From Desulfatiglandales bacterium (GTDB lineage Bacteria; Desulfobacterota; DSM-4660; Desulfatiglandales; Desulfatiglandaceae): a stretch of 64,000 nucleotides of DNA. Positions 41,454 to 52,036 of the stretch are shown piece after piece. Within the stretch, counting starts at the first letter, position 1. Each line of letters begins with the position of its first letter. Made by a program: the position numbers and the translations under genes. The stretch is from the NCBI GenBank assembly GCA_963662465.1, contig OY759599.1, positions 6,688,001 to 6,752,000 on the forward strand, read 5' to 3'. Below the pieces are notes generated by a model that searched no databases, was not told the origin of the DNA, and worked only from the letters and a program-made list of their open reading frames with translations.

Positions 41454-41915
41454 ATGGAAGTAATTTTGAGACAGGATGTAGATGAGTTAGGCCTCGAAGG
41501 AGACGTTGTCAAAGTGGCCAAGGGGTATGCCCGAAACTATCTGATACCGCAGTCTATGGCCCTGGAAGCCTCGGAGCATAATAGAAAGGCCCTTGAACTT
41601 CAGCGAAAGAAAATTCAGTTGAAACGCTTGAGGGTTAAAGAAGAGGCGGAAAAAGTTAAAACCGAAATGGAAGCGGTTGTGATTACTTTTTCACAAAAGG
41701 CGGGTGAAGAGGGAAAACTTTATGGTTCTGTGACGTCCATGGACATTGCTTTACAGCTGAAAAACCAGGGTATCGACATTGACAGAAGAAAAATTGTGAT
41801 GGAAAAGCCCATTAAGACCGTAGGCGAATTTGAGGTAGAGCTTAAGCTTTATCCCGGGGTCAGCGCGACCATGAAAGTTGTGGTAAAAGCGGATGCGGAA
41901 GCGGCTCAAGAATAA
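41454..41915 (+). CDS. rplI: 50S ribosomal protein L9
   Basis: MEVIL..VAKGYARNYLIP, GKLYGSVT. Confidence 0.96.
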   Translation: MEVILRQDVDELGLEGDVVKVAKGYARNYLIPQSMALEASEHNRKALELQRKKIQLKRLRVKEEAEKVKTEMEAVVITFSQKAGEEGKLYGSVTSMDIALQLKNQGIDIDRRKIVMEKPIKTVGEFEVELKLYPGVSATMKVVVKADAEAAQE

Positions 41916-41981
41916 TATGTATGATTTTTTGGGTTTGACCCTGCCTCGTTTATAATGCGTAGATCATACGGTGATTCATTC

Positions 41982-43346
41982 ATGCCTGGAAACAAAGATC
42001 GAGCTGCCCGTATTTCTCCGAAAGTTCCGCCTCGCAATATGGAGGCGGAACAGGCTGTGTTGGGAGGGATACTGATTAACAATGATGCCATGAATCAACT
42101 CATGGATATCCTTTCTCCTGATGATTTTTATCGGGAGGCCCACGCTGCTATTTTTGAAGGAATGGCTTCTCTGTATAATGATGGAGAACCCATTGACATT
42201 ATAACGCTTTCAGAAGCTCTTCTTAAAAAAAACCGGCTGGAAAAGGTGGGCGGCGCCGACTATCTGGGCGTTCTGGTTCAGGCGGTTTCCACTTCCGCGG
42301 GGATCGTTTATCATGCGGAAATTATCAGGCATGCCTCGGTACGGAGGCGGTTGATTGCTGAGTGTTCCGCTATTTCAGAATTATGCTTTCAGGAACAGGA
42401 GGATACCGATGATCTTCTTGAGAAAGCTGAACAGTCGATCTTCAATATCGCTGAATCGCAGGTCAAGGACGGATTCGAGAGCCTGAAACAGGTTATCAGG
42501 GGCAGTTTCAAAAAGGTGGAGAAAGCGGGGGAGACCCAGGGGTCCGTGACGGGCGTCACCACCGGGTTTGAACATTTTGACCGCCTTACCGCCGGCCTTC
42601 AGCCATCGGACCTGATTATCGTGGCCGGCAGACCCAGCATGGGGAAAACAGCATTGGCCCTTAACATGGGATATAACGCGGCCAAAGCGAGCGGAACGGC
42701 CGTGGCTGTGTTTTCCCTTGAAATGTCCAAGCAACAGTTGGGTATCCGGTTGCTTGGCTTTGAATCCAGAATTGATGCGACCCGATTGAGAACCGGAAGG
42801 CTTAAAAAACATGAATGGCAGGACCTTATTGATTCGGCCGATCGCCTTTCCGAAATCCCCATCTTCATAGATGACAGTTCTGCCATCAGCGTGTTGGAAA
42901 TGAAGGCGAAATGCCGAAGATTAAAAAAAAGAGGCGGATTGGGCCTTGTGATTGTGGATTACATGCAGTTAATCTACGGTCGAAAATCCGCGGAATCCCG
43001 GCAGTTGGAGATGTCGGAAATATCCAGATCCCTGAAGGGGTTGGCCAAAGATCTCGACATACCTGTGGTGGCGCTATCCCAGCTTAACCGAAAAGTTGAG
43101 GATCGGCCGAATAAAAGGCCGCAGCTGGCTGACTTGAGAGAAAGCGGCGCCATAGAACAGGATGCTGATGTGATTGTTTTTATTTACAGAGACGAGGTTT
43201 ACAATCCTCAGTCGGAAGAGAGCCGGAATATTGCGGAAATTATCATCGGAAAGCAGCGAAACGGTCCAACGGGTTCCGTCAAGCTGACCTTCCTGAAGGA
43301 ATTGACGCGGTTTGAGAATTTTATTCAGGAAGATGTACCCATGTAA
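41982..43346 (+). CDS. dnaB: Replicative DNA helicase
   Basis: AEQAVLG, AGRPSMGKT, VDYMQL, DLRESGAIEQDAD, KQRNGPTG. Confidence 0.97.
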   Translation: MPGNKDRAARISPKVPPRNMEAEQAVLGGILINNDAMNQLMDILSPDDFYREAHAAIFEGMASLYNDGEPIDIITLSEALLKKNRLEKVGGADYLGVLVQAVSTSAGIVYHAEIIRHASVRRRLIAECSAISELCFQEQEDTDDLLEKAEQSIFNIAESQVKDGFESLKQVIRGSFKKVEKAGETQGSVTGVTTGFEHFDRLTAGLQPSDLIIVAGRPSMGKTALALNMGYNAAKASGTAVAVFSLEMSKQQLGIRLLGFESRIDATRLRTGRLKKHEWQDLIDSADRLSEIPIFIDDSSAISVLEMKAKCRRLKKRGGLGLVIVDYMQLIYGRKSAESRQLEMSEISRSLKGLAKDLDIPVVALSQLNRKVEDRPNKRPQLADLRESGAIEQDADVIVFIYRDEVYNPQSEESRNIAEIIIGKQRNGPTGSVKLTFLKELTRFENFIQEDVPM

Positions 43347-43562
43347 GGATGTTTTTTGAGAGAGTCAGTGTTCAGCGCCTTTGGTTGTCGGAAGGGCTTA
43401 AAAGGGGCCTTAAAAAAGCGAATAACGAATATCGAACGCTGAATGTCGAAGGAAAATATTCTACTGAGCGGTACTAATCCTAAAAAAAGCTATAACGCAG
43501 CGATTCCATCCTTCGTAATTCTGCGGTTCAATATTCGTAATTCTGCGGTTCTCTTTTCAACC

Positions 43563-44651
43563 TTAAGATCTTTCTGTGGCAACGCTTCCGACGCTTTTCC
43601 ATCCTGCCGAATGCAGTTTTCTGTTCCCCTTTTCCACCACCAGGCACTCACATTTCGGTAAGGCATTCACAAATCGAATGCCGCGTTCCGGCTGCATCAC
43701 AAACACACTGGTGGACAGGGCGTCTGCATCCATGGCTGTTTTCGCTAAAACAGATACACTGGTGCTGGCATTGGGAGAAAATCCGGAGCGTGGATTCACA
43801 ATGTGGTGGAACATCTTTTCCCGGTCGAAATAGACTTCATAATTTCCGGATGTCGCAATGGCGCCGTCCATCATATGGATTTTATCCGGATACTGTTGAT
43901 TTTTAAAGGGATCCTGTACCGCAACGGTCCAAGGCTTGCCATTCTGTTTGCGCCCCATGGTCCGGATGTCCCCCCCCGCATTGATCAGGTAGTTTTCGAT
44001 GTGATGTTTGGAAAGGACATTGGATGCCATATCCACAATATATCCCTTTGCAATGCCGTCCAGTGTAATGCCCATGCCCGGTTTCTTAAAGACAATGGCG
44101 TTTCCCGTCAATTGAATATTGGATGCATCCACCAAAAGAAGGGCTTCTCGCATTTCTCTTTGCGTGGGAGGCGTGGGGTTTTTCTCAGAAAATTTATCCT
44201 TAAACAGGTCTACCACCGGTTTGACCGAAATGTCAAAGGCGCCGTTGCTGATGTTGTAATACGACAGAGACTGCCTTACAACCCTTAGGGTGTCGGGGGG
44301 GACGTCTTTTAATCGTCCTTCTCGGTTGAGTTGGGCAACGGCTGTGGTCCGATTGAAGCGGTTCATGTCCTGGCTTAATCGGTCGATTTCTTCAAAGGCC
44401 GCGCCAATGGCTTTCTCTGCTTGATCCCGTGATGTATGCAAAAGCGTCATGGACACAAAAGTCCCCATGGCCATCCTGGTTTCGGAAACCTTATATAATT
44501 TGCGATCAAATTTAACGGCTTCAGCCGAAGCGGGAATTGCCGCGGCTGTGGCGAGGCCGACGCCGAGGATTCCGGATAGCTTCAAAAAGTCCCTTCGATC
44601 AATGCCGTATGATGTTGGTTGTGCGCCTTTTTCCATTATTGTTTCCTCCAT
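43563..44651 (-). CDS. apbE: FAD:protein FMN transferase with Tat signal
   Basis: DRRDFLK; AMGT, LDGIAKGY, NAGGDI, ATSGNYE, ADALST. Confidence 0.93.
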   Translation of the reverse strand: MEETIMEKGAQPTSYGIDRRDFLKLSGILGVGLATAAAIPASAEAVKFDRKLYKVSETRMAMGTFVSMTLLHTSRDQAEKAIGAAFEEIDRLSQDMNRFNRTTAVAQLNREGRLKDVPPDTLRVVRQSLSYYNISNGAFDISVKPVVDLFKDKFSEKNPTPPTQREMREALLLVDASNIQLTGNAIVFKKPGMGITLDGIAKGYIVDMASNVLSKHHIENYLINAGGDIRTMGRKQNGKPWTVAVQDPFKNQQYPDKIHMMDGAIATSGNYEVYFDREKMFHHIVNPRSGFSPNASTSVSVLAKTAMDADALSTSVFVMQPERGIRFVNALPKCECLVVEKGNRKLHSAGWKSVGSVATERS

Positions 44652-44677
44652 TTTCTTGCCGCCAATGGTATTGTCGA

Positions 44678-45619
44678 TCAAGTGTGATCCCTTTGTAGAT
44701 TCAGCATTTCTGTAGTCCGGGAAATATCCCGCTTTATTTGCTCAACCAAATCTTCAAGGGATTCAAAGGTTTTTTCATCTCTCAGCCGCTCGATAAACTT
44801 AACTCGGATCTGTCTTCCCAACAGGTCTTCCTGGAAATTAAGGATGTGGGTCTCAACTGAAAAAACCCCATCCCCAAAAGTCGGATTGTAACCGATGTTG
44901 GTCAGGCCGTCATATGTCCGATCCTCAACAAGGGCCTTTACCATATAAACGCCCCTTTTGGGAACCAATTCGTCAATTAATGCAAGATTTGCCGTGGGAA
45001 ATCCTAGAAGCCTGCCACCCCTGTTCTTACCTTTCACTACCGTTCCCCCAACCTGATAATCGCGTCCCAGGAGTTGTTTGGCCTCGTGGAGTTTTCCTTC
45101 CTGGATCAGGTTGCGGATGGATGTGCTTGAAACAAGGATGTTTTCAACATAGACCGGTGGCACCACATGAACCCGGAAATCGAACTCTTTTCCCATGCTC
45201 TGAAGAAGCTCAATGCCCCCTTCACGTCCTGAACCGAAGGTGTAATCGTAGCCGACCACAATTTCTTTAATTCCGATTTTGTTGACCAGTACGTTTTGCA
45301 CAAAATCACGGGCCGAGATTGAAGCAAACTGCCGGGTGAAGGGAATGCAGAAAATGATATCAATATTGGCGTCCGCGATCAATTCCAGCTTTTGTTGGGT
45401 CAGTGTAATGAGAGGAGGACCATTGCCTGGTTTCATGACCTTAATGGGATGGGGGTCAAAGGTTATTAACGCGGACTGGCCGTTAATGGCTGCGGCCCTT
45501 TGTTTTACCAGGTCGAAGAGGCTCAAATGCCCTTTGTGGACACCGTCAAAATTCCCAATGGTCAGTACTGGATTGCGAAGCGTTTGGTTAAACTGTTCCA
45601 AATTTGAGATAACAGACAT
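44678..45619 (-). CDS. ribF: Bifunctional riboflavin kinase/FAD synthetase
   Basis: IGNFDGVHKGH, VSSTSIR, LGFPTAN, NIGYNPTF. Confidence 0.96.
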   Translation of the reverse strand: MSVISNLEQFNQTLRNPVLTIGNFDGVHKGHLSLFDLVKQRAAAINGQSALITFDPHPIKVMKPGNGPPLITLTQQKLELIADANIDIIFCIPFTRQFASISARDFVQNVLVNKIGIKEIVVGYDYTFGSGREGGIELLQSMGKEFDFRVHVVPPVYVENILVSSTSIRNLIQEGKLHEAKQLLGRDYQVGGTVVKGKNRGGRLLGFPTANLALIDELVPKRGVYMVKALVEDRTYDGLTNIGYNPTFGDGVFSVETHILNFQEDLLGRQIRVKFIERLRDEKTFESLEDLVEQIKRDISRTTEMLNLQRDHT

Positions 45620-45711
45620 TGCTGATTTAATACTCTCCAGAAAATGGCGGGCGCTCATGAAAAAAAGCGCACGCCCCCTGTACTCAGGGAATGATTTTCC
45701 AATAAAATAGG

Positions 45712-45740
45712 TTGACAAATATAACCCAAAAGTATACTTT
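45712..45740 (+). promoter_or_regulatory. Putative sigma70 promoter of tRNA-Leu
   Basis: TTGACA-17nt-TACTTT. Confidence 0.6.
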
Positions 45741-45770
45741 CTTCATCACGAAATATCAACTTCTTTTCGA

Positions 45771-45857
45771 GCCGAAGTGGCGGAACTGGTAGACGCGCTA
45801 GGTTCAGGGTCTAGTGAGCGAATGCTTGTGCGAGTTCGAGTCTCGCCTTCGGCACCA
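45771..45857 (+). tRNA. tRNA-Leu(CAG)
   Basis: Acceptor GCCGAAG/CTTCGGC-ACCA, D-loop TGGTAGACGC, anticodon loop TTCAGGG, long variable arm, GTTCGAG. Confidence 0.96.
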
Positions 45858-45866
45858 AACAAAAAC

Positions 45867-45902
45867 AGGGACTTAGGCCAACTGGTTTGAGTCCCTTTTT
45901 TT
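45867..45902 (+). terminator. Intrinsic terminator after the tRNA
   Basis: AGGGACTTAGGCCA/TGGTTTGAGTCCCT hairpin followed by a T-run. Confidence 0.7.
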
Positions 45903-45996
45903 ATTAGTTCGTGTTCAGGGTAACATTTCGGAAAAACACCTCAAGGTTTTTAACAGTCTGGTGAGTATCGTCCATATCAACTGTGTTGGTGCCCCT

Positions 45997-46269
45997 ATGA
46001 AAATTGTTAGCGTAAACCAGTTTCGCTCAAAGATGAAGAACTTTGTTGAACAGGCGGCCAGTGCGCACGTGCCACTTAAAGTAACTCGCCGTAGTGGGGG
46101 CGATTTTATTGTAATGAGTGCGGAAGATTGGGAGCGTGATCAGGAAACCCTTTATATTCTCCAAAATTCCAGCCTGATGAAGCAAATTTCCGAATCTGCT
46201 TGCACGCATGTAGAGCGTTCCGGTTACACACCAACGGATGGAGAAATAAATGAGATCCTTGGTGTTTGA
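45997..46269 (+). CDS. Phd/YefM-family antitoxin
   Basis: VSVNQFR..VTRR..VMSAEDWERDQETLYIL. Confidence 0.88.
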   Translation: MKIVSVNQFRSKMKNFVEQAASAHVPLKVTRRSGGDFIVMSAEDWERDQETLYILQNSSLMKQISESACTHVERSGYTPTDGEINEILGV

Positions 46270-46271
46270 AG
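46250..46271 (+). pseudogene. 5' stub of a probable Txe/YoeB toxin (MRSLVFE)
   Basis: ATG overlaps the end of the antitoxin gene; sequence switches to intron DNA at 46272. Confidence 0.6.
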
Positions 46272-46663
46272 AGTTGATCCAATGGATGACTTAGGTGCGC
46301 CCTCTACGCCGGTGGTACAACAGTTCCGTGCAGGCAGTTGACAGACCTGCAACCTGACCATATCCGCTGACACTGGGCAGCGGCATAAGACCTATTAATC
46401 TTCGTAGGTCCTTCGCTTGTGATCGACGCTTAAAGACATTCAGATACCTTCACCATATCATCCGACCCTGGCCCTTAACCGGGGAGGATTCCCGGAGGGG
46501 TTTTCCTGTCACCATTCAAACCCAATTCGGTACGTTGTCCGCAGGGCTTCACACCCCGTCATCAGCGCAACGGCAGCATGCCTGCGTAGGGTCCGGTAGG
46601 AACATACCGGGTACTACATGTAACTACATGAATACACTCAAACTATGCGACTTCGTGTCGCAA
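46272..46663 (-). mobile_element. 5' fragment of a group II intron (same element as the one at the window end)
   Basis: Begins TTGCGACACG right after attC GTTATA; 46272-46333 is identical to 63939-64000. Confidence 0.8.
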
Positions 46664-46748
46664 TATAACGACAAGCTCACCAGCGCCTCCTCCGGCCCCC
46701 GCTGGGACCGCCGAAGTATCAGGCGTCTGGTGGAGCGTTTGGTTCGCA
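46663..46748 (-). repeat. attC site 1
   Basis: Minus strand TGCGAAC-CAAAC-GCTCCACCAGACGCC...GGCGCTGGTGAGC-TTGTC-GTTATAT, with extrahelical bases. Confidence 0.88.
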
Positions 46749-47102
46749 GCAATAATTCTATCTGCTGCTAAATTCCTTACGAAGCGACCGCACAACCTTG
46801 TAGTTGGCTGACGCATGGCTATATTGACTCGCTTTGTGTCAGTGGCCTTAAATTTGAACAATTCCTATTTTGAAATTAAAAACGGCGTTATAGGGTCGAA
46901 AATGAGCCCTTTTCAAACACAAAAGTTTTTAGTTCTAGCCAGTTAGCGTAGGTGAACCAGATTCAGCCGATTCAAATTGGGAATCTGAAACGAATCTCTA
47001 TTTTATTTTTCTTTGGTCAAGGTGGTGTCCCACCTTATATTATCGGTAGGCAATTCGGTGCTTATGTTCATTTCCTTCCCACTGTTAAGGTTTTCTCCAT
47101 CA

Positions 47103-49108
47103 CGCATAAGTCTAAATGTTGTGGGGTTTACTCTAACATATTGAAATTATTTCATCTGTTAAACGGTTCCGAATCAATATCCTAATCAAAGCGCATTTCG
47201 TGAGGCCAAACATTTTTTCCTGAATTCGCCTTAGCGGAAAAAAGTTAGGGACTTTTTTTGATAAGTGTGCATAATCATAGTGCAACAGTCTATGTTAAAT
47301 TAGAGAGGTTGCACATGATTAATAATATTAAGAGAGCTTTGACAATGTTGGACAAAGCTCAAAACAGACTTGCAAGACAATGTTATTACGATCCAAAACA
47401 GTATCCTGAGATTTTCTTTGAAATTGAGAAATGCATTAATGCCATCAGATCATGGATCAATGAAAGGGAGATGTTTCAATCATTGCAATATTTTTATGTA
47501 ACATTGTCTGCTCTTATTGATGAACTTGGTAGGTTAATAAGTCAATTATGGGATATTTGTAAGCCAATAAAAGGGAAAAAAAGCATTCCAAAAACACAAC
47601 GGGATCGACAGAAAATTAGAATCTTTTATTCAATTCGTTCAATGATAAGTAATATTACTAAAAAATTGAATAATGTAAAAAGTCGTGATAGTACAATCAG
47701 TATTGCATTTGAGATAGGGATGTTAAAATCTTTTGATAAATCCATAATCGAAAATGTAAAAAAGAAAATGGAAGACCTTGTTTCTAAACGAGGAAATCAA
47801 ACATATATCTTTCCTTATAATAACACCGAAAGCTATCATGCTCTCGTAAAAGATAGTAAGAAGTTTCGCATTGAAGTATTAGATAAACTCGATAAATATG
47901 ATCACCACACAGGCCATAATTCAACATGTTCTGGACCTAAAGAATATGTTTTATCTGGTTTCCACGGGAATCCTCGAAAAACAATAATGAATGGAGGAGA
48001 ACAACAGACATTCCCAATCCGCATGATACAATGCCGGAAGTGCAAACAAAAGTTCTCTCTTGTTCCCAGCTTTCTCCCAAGGGAAAAGAATTTTGGTATA
48101 GAGATTATTGGGCACGTATTTCGGAATATGTACCGTTTTAATGCGAGCATTCAAGGAGCCATCGAAAGCCTTAAAATTATTGGCAAAAAAAGTGTCAAAA
48201 GCAAACAAACCATCTTGAACTGGAATCGATGGGCAGGAACACTTCATCCTGCAACAATACTAACAAGAGCAGGAGTGAAAGGCTCAGGATATCTACAGGA
48301 AGATGAGGGCTTTGAAAAAGAACCAAATTTAAGAACTTATTCTGTAGTTATGGTCGATCCTGAAAATTTATTAGTATGGCACTCCGATTATGTTGATCAT
48401 GTTGATGAAGAAAACCTGTGCGGTTCATTTGAGGATTTTTTGCAAAAAATCGACTTCAAAATCCTTGGTGTAACAAAAGATAAGTGGAAAGCCTCAACCA
48501 ATGCTATCAAGACCGTATTCCATAACATTTGGGTCGGATATTGCCATCGTCATTGTTTGAAAAACTTCTACGATGCACTATCAAAATATCAAAAAGAATC
48601 AAAATGTACCGACCAAGAAGTGGACAAGTTTTATAAAAAATTTAAGAAAGTTTTGAAAACATCCACATCTAAAGTTAACTTGGAAGTAAAGATTAAGGCA
48701 TTAGATGACGATGCATTTTCTCATCCATTACTAAAAAAGAGGGTAGTAGAATTAAAAGAAAATGCCACTCATTATACCTCTCATAAAAATAGAAATGGGA
48801 TAAAACAAACAACCTCCATTGTTGACAATTATTTAAAAGGAATCAAACGTAAACTAAAACAAATTGAGAGTTTTCGAGATAAGAAATGGGCAAGTCTTTT
48901 CTTTCGAGCACATGCGACTATCAGGAATTTTGTCCCATTTTTACCTGGCGCAAAAAATGCTCATAAAAGTCCCTTTGAATTAGCCAACGGCCAAACATTT
49001 GACTTACCTTGGATTCAAGTTATGAATGTTCATAATGCATTCTTGTTTACCGAAAACGCCTTTTAATTTTGATGGGTTATACAACCCCACAACATTTAGA
49101 CTTATGCG
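47103..49108 (+). mobile_element. Insertion sequence, 2006 bp, 26-bp TIRs, 8-bp TSD
   Basis: CGCATAAGTCTAAATGTTGTGGGGTT inverted at both ends; CTCCATCA at 47095-47102 and 49109-49116. Confidence 0.93.
47258..49066 (+). CDS. DDE transposase, family uncertain; true start may be downstream (MINNI)
   Basis: Zn-finger CRKC, QEDEG, VTKDKW, YCHRHC, TTSIVDN; lies between the TIRs. Confidence 0.85.
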   Translation: MISVHNHSATVYVKLERLHMINNIKRALTMLDKAQNRLARQCYYDPKQYPEIFFEIEKCINAIRSWINEREMFQSLQYFYVTLSALIDELGRLISQLWDICKPIKGKKSIPKTQRDRQKIRIFYSIRSMISNITKKLNNVKSRDSTISIAFEIGMLKSFDKSIIENVKKKMEDLVSKRGNQTYIFPYNNTESYHALVKDSKKFRIEVLDKLDKYDHHTGHNSTCSGPKEYVLSGFHGNPRKTIMNGGEQQTFPIRMIQCRKCKQKFSLVPSFLPREKNFGIEIIGHVFRNMYRFNASIQGAIESLKIIGKKSVKSKQTILNWNRWAGTLHPATILTRAGVKGSGYLQEDEGFEKEPNLRTYSVVMVDPENLLVWHSDYVDHVDEENLCGSFEDFLQKIDFKILGVTKDKWKASTNAIKTVFHNIWVGYCHRHCLKNFYDALSKYQKESKCTDQEVDKFYKKFKKVLKTSTSKVNLEVKIKALDDDAFSHPLLKKRVVELKENATHYTSHKNRNGIKQTTSIVDNYLKGIKRKLKQIESFRDKKWASLFFRAHATIRNFVPFLPGAKNAHKSPFELANGQTFDLPWIQVMNVHNAFLFTENAF

Positions 49109-49654
49109 CTCCATCACTTCGAATAAAACCAGCACGTGTATTGAACTTAATTTCAGCTATCTCGGCCCCTTTTAAGGTCCCTCGAATCATTTCATAGGTC
49201 TCGACCGGGTAATTCCCGTTTTGTAAACTGCCCATAACGAGGTCCCCTTCCTGAGTTATAGCTATGGTTCCATTAAAAGTCTTTCCGCAAGAACTCTTTG
49301 TAACAGCGTGCCACATACCGGATAGGTTATAGACTAATGCTCCATTTGGAAGTTTAACCGTATTCGGCATATCAGCATTTAGTCTTACTCCATCCCGCAT
49401 GGCGGAATTGCAGGCAACACCACATAATAAGATGAAGAAACCCATGACAAACCATTTTTTCATTTTAGACATGCTCCTTTCAGCTAAGACTGGGATCGAA
49501 AAACAATTCTACCATTCAAAATATCTCATTAGAATTTTATTGACAAAAATATTGTAAGAGAGAGCGGGGAAAGGTAGATCACCCCCCGCCGCCGCCTCTC
49601 TTTTTAAAACCGGAAAACTCTTCAACAAGGTCACTTCAGAACCGCAAATTAAAA

Positions 49655-50206
49655 TCACTTTCCAGGCAGGCTATAGGTTGCCGTAACCTCCACAAGAGCA
49701 TCACCTTTGCTTTCTCCGGCGAAGGGTTTGAGCATCCTGACCTTAAAGGTATTCTTTCCCTGAATGCCTTTGAACCGGCCCGTTCCGCAAATATATTTCC
49801 CCGTCCCATGTCCGGCTGGAAGTTTGCCTTCTTTGAGCTTTGTCATAACCCCTTCTACTTTTACCAGAGCCGTAGATCCATCTTTAAAGATAAGCTGGGA
49901 ATATCCCTGAAAGGTTCCCAGTCCCCGAACTATATCAAAGGTACATCTCAGAAGTTGCTTGGCTTTCTCGCCGTCTTCATATTCCACATCGCCTTGGCGC
50001 TCATAAAAACCGATGACCCGGCCCGGTGAATCCGGTATGGGTATGGCCTGCATCTTGGTAATCCAGTTATTGACCTTGAAATTACGGGTTACTTCGCCAG
50101 CCTGCACGACGGATGTCAACACACACAGTGAAATGACGAGGGTCATGAAGCACAGTGCCCATGGATTCAGAATTCCCCTGCCGCTGTTTCTACCTGTAAT
50201 GTTCAT
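49655..50206 (-). CDS. Exported hypothetical cassette protein (beta-rich, GTGRFKG motif)
   Basis: AGGAG RBS; signal peptide ending VQA. Confidence 0.75.
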   Translation of the reverse strand: MNITGRNSGRGILNPWALCFMTLVISLCVLTSVVQAGEVTRNFKVNNWITKMQAIPIPDSPGRVIGFYERQGDVEYEDGEKAKQLLRCTFDIVRGLGTFQGYSQLIFKDGSTALVKVEGVMTKLKEGKLPAGHGTGKYICGTGRFKGIQGKNTFKVRMLKPFAGESKGDALVEVTATYSLPGK

Positions 50207-50404
50207 GCTAGTTTCTCCTTTTCCCATTTTTCAATTGTGGTTTAACATTTTCTGAGCCGCATGATCGAATTTCCTTTTTCATCACCTCCCTTTTCCTATG
50301 AATTCTCAAAAATCTGCGAAAATATTACCCATGGCGCAGTCTTGTTGACGGGTCTGACCGTCAACATTTTTTGGTTTCGCGAAAATGCTACTATCACCGC
50401 GAAC

Positions 50405-50491
50405 GTTTAACGACAAGCTCACCAGCGCCTCCCACCGGCCCCCGCCAGGACCGCCCAAGTATCAGGCGTCTGGTGCAGCGTTTGGTTGTGC
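50405..50491 (-). repeat. attC site 2
   Basis: GCACAAC-CAAAC-GCTGCACCAGACGCC...GGCGCTGGTGAGC-TTGTC-GTTAAAC. Confidence 0.9.
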
Positions 50492-50707
50492 TGCGGCCAG
50501 TTTCCCTAGATGCACTGTAGATAGTGAGTTCGAAAAAGCTATAAACATTGTATTTTCTTTGGCTTGGCGTATTAAAACAGTTTTCCACGCTACCAATTGG
50601 GACAACCCACAAAAATCATTTTTTGGATGGACTTGGCATTTCACCAAGCCCATCCTTGTCAAATTGACGTCTATCTGCCTATTAAAGCGGGAGAAACTGC
50701 GTTGCAG

Positions 50708-52036
50708 CTACTCAACAATTGCCGCATTTACAGCGTTATTTACCTTATAACCCCATGGTAAACCTGCTCGTGGAATCTGCGACATGAACATTACCACTGT
50801 CTCATCGACGGGATCATTGAACCAAAGCGTACTCCAAAAACCTCGCCAGCCATAAGCACCTTTACCGCCGTAGCAATCGTTAAGGGCATTCATCTTTTCG
50901 TTTTTCTGTATATCCACACAATATCCCCATCGATTGTTTGTAAAATAATTTCGGAATTCATGACCCTCTGGCACTTGAATAGTAGTCATAAGTTTGACTG
51001 CTTGTCGGCTCAAAATGCGCACCCCGTCCAGTTCCCCCATATTCAACAACATTTGGGAGAATCTGTAGAAACCATAGGTGGTGCCATGCAAACCGCCTCC
51101 TGCTGCAAAGTAGGCCTTGTTTTTACCAAATGTGTAAAGCGATCCCAAAGCTACCGGTCCCATGGACCATTCTTTTGTTGCTTTCACAAGCGTACCAGGT
51201 TTGAGAAAAATAGCTGGAATTCTCGGAAAAACATTTTCTGGAGGATAAAACCAGAAATCTTTTATCTTCAATGGGGTAAAAATGTTCATTTCCATGTATT
51301 GATCAAGGGGTTTCCCGGAAAGTATTTCAACCAGATAGCCCATAACATCTGCGGCACCCTGGCTATATCCCCATCCTTCTCCCGGCTGAAAGACAAGGGG
51401 GCATTTGGCGAGAGCTTTAACATTCTTCTCCAGATTCTTAGTATAGGTCTCGCTTAACATATCCTGAACGCCTTCTTTGACAAAGCATTTTCCTACGTAG
51501 GCATGAAGGGGGCTCATGCGCATCAGCATGGTCGCTGAAATACCGCTTGTAAAGCTCAATAAATCCTGAATCCGAATTTCACGCTTTGCGGGCACCAGTT
51601 TGATCTCGCCTTCCGCATCCATCTCTGCCACTTTCATACTTTTGAATTCGGGAACATATTTTGAGACCGGATCTTTGAGCTGAAACATTCCCTGATCCCA
51701 CAATTGCATCAAGGCGACTGCTGTAATGGTTTTGGTCATAGAAGCCAATCGGAATATGGCATCCGTTTCCATGGATTTTCCTTCTTCTGCTTCACCAAAG
51801 GGTTTGAAGTAACAAATTTTGCCATGTCGGGCTACCAAAACCACTGCTCCTTTAAAAAACTTCTGCTCAAGTCCTTTTTTGACCACCTTGTCTACATTTT
51901 CGAGCATTGCACTTGATATGCCCACAGTTTCAGGGGTTACAACCTTTATCTCCTGAGCGAATGCTATTGTGGTTGAAATCAGCAGACTAAGTAAAAATAC
52001 AACTATTATTCGGGTCATTTCTTTGAGTCGTTTCAT
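50708..52036 (-). CDS. Serine hydrolase, beta-lactamase-related family (cassette gene)
   Basis: Signal peptide; FRLASMTK (SxxK), LLSFTSG, QPGEGWGYS, YGWRG. Confidence 0.9.
   Translation of the reverse strand: MKRLKEMTRIIVVFLLSLLISTTIAFAQEIKVVTPETVGISSAMLENVDKVVKKGLEQKFFKGAVVLVARHGKICYFKPFGEAEEGKSMETDAIFRLASMTKTITAVALMQLWDQGMFQLKDPVSKYVPEFKSMKVAEMDAEGEIKLVPAKREIRIQDLLSFTSGISATMLMRMSPLHAYVGKCFVKEGVQDMLSETYTKNLEKNVKALAKCPLVFQPGEGWGYSQGAADVMGYLVEILSGKPLDQYMEMNIFTPLKIKDFWFYPPENVFPRIPAIFLKPGTLVKATKEWSMGPVALGSLYTFGKNKAYFAAGGGLHGTTYGFYRFSQMLLNMGELDGVRILSRQAVKLMTTIQVPEGHEFRNYFTNNRWGYCVDIQKNEKMNALNDCYGGKGAYGWRGFWSTLWFNDPVDETVVMFMSQIPRAGLPWGYKVNNAVNAAIVE

Larger units (their letters stand above)
47003..49472 (-). 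pseudogene. Cassette lipoprotein gene interrupted by an IS
   Basis: MSKMKKW..GVAC..FIRSDG continues in frame after IS removal as ENLNSGKEMNISTELPTDNIRWDTTLTKEK*. Confidence 0.8.

Noticed and set aside
50708..52036. Antibiotic-resistance beta-lactamase
   Set aside because: SxxK fold is present, but the motifs fit the broad esterase/serine hydrolase group; activity cannot be inferred
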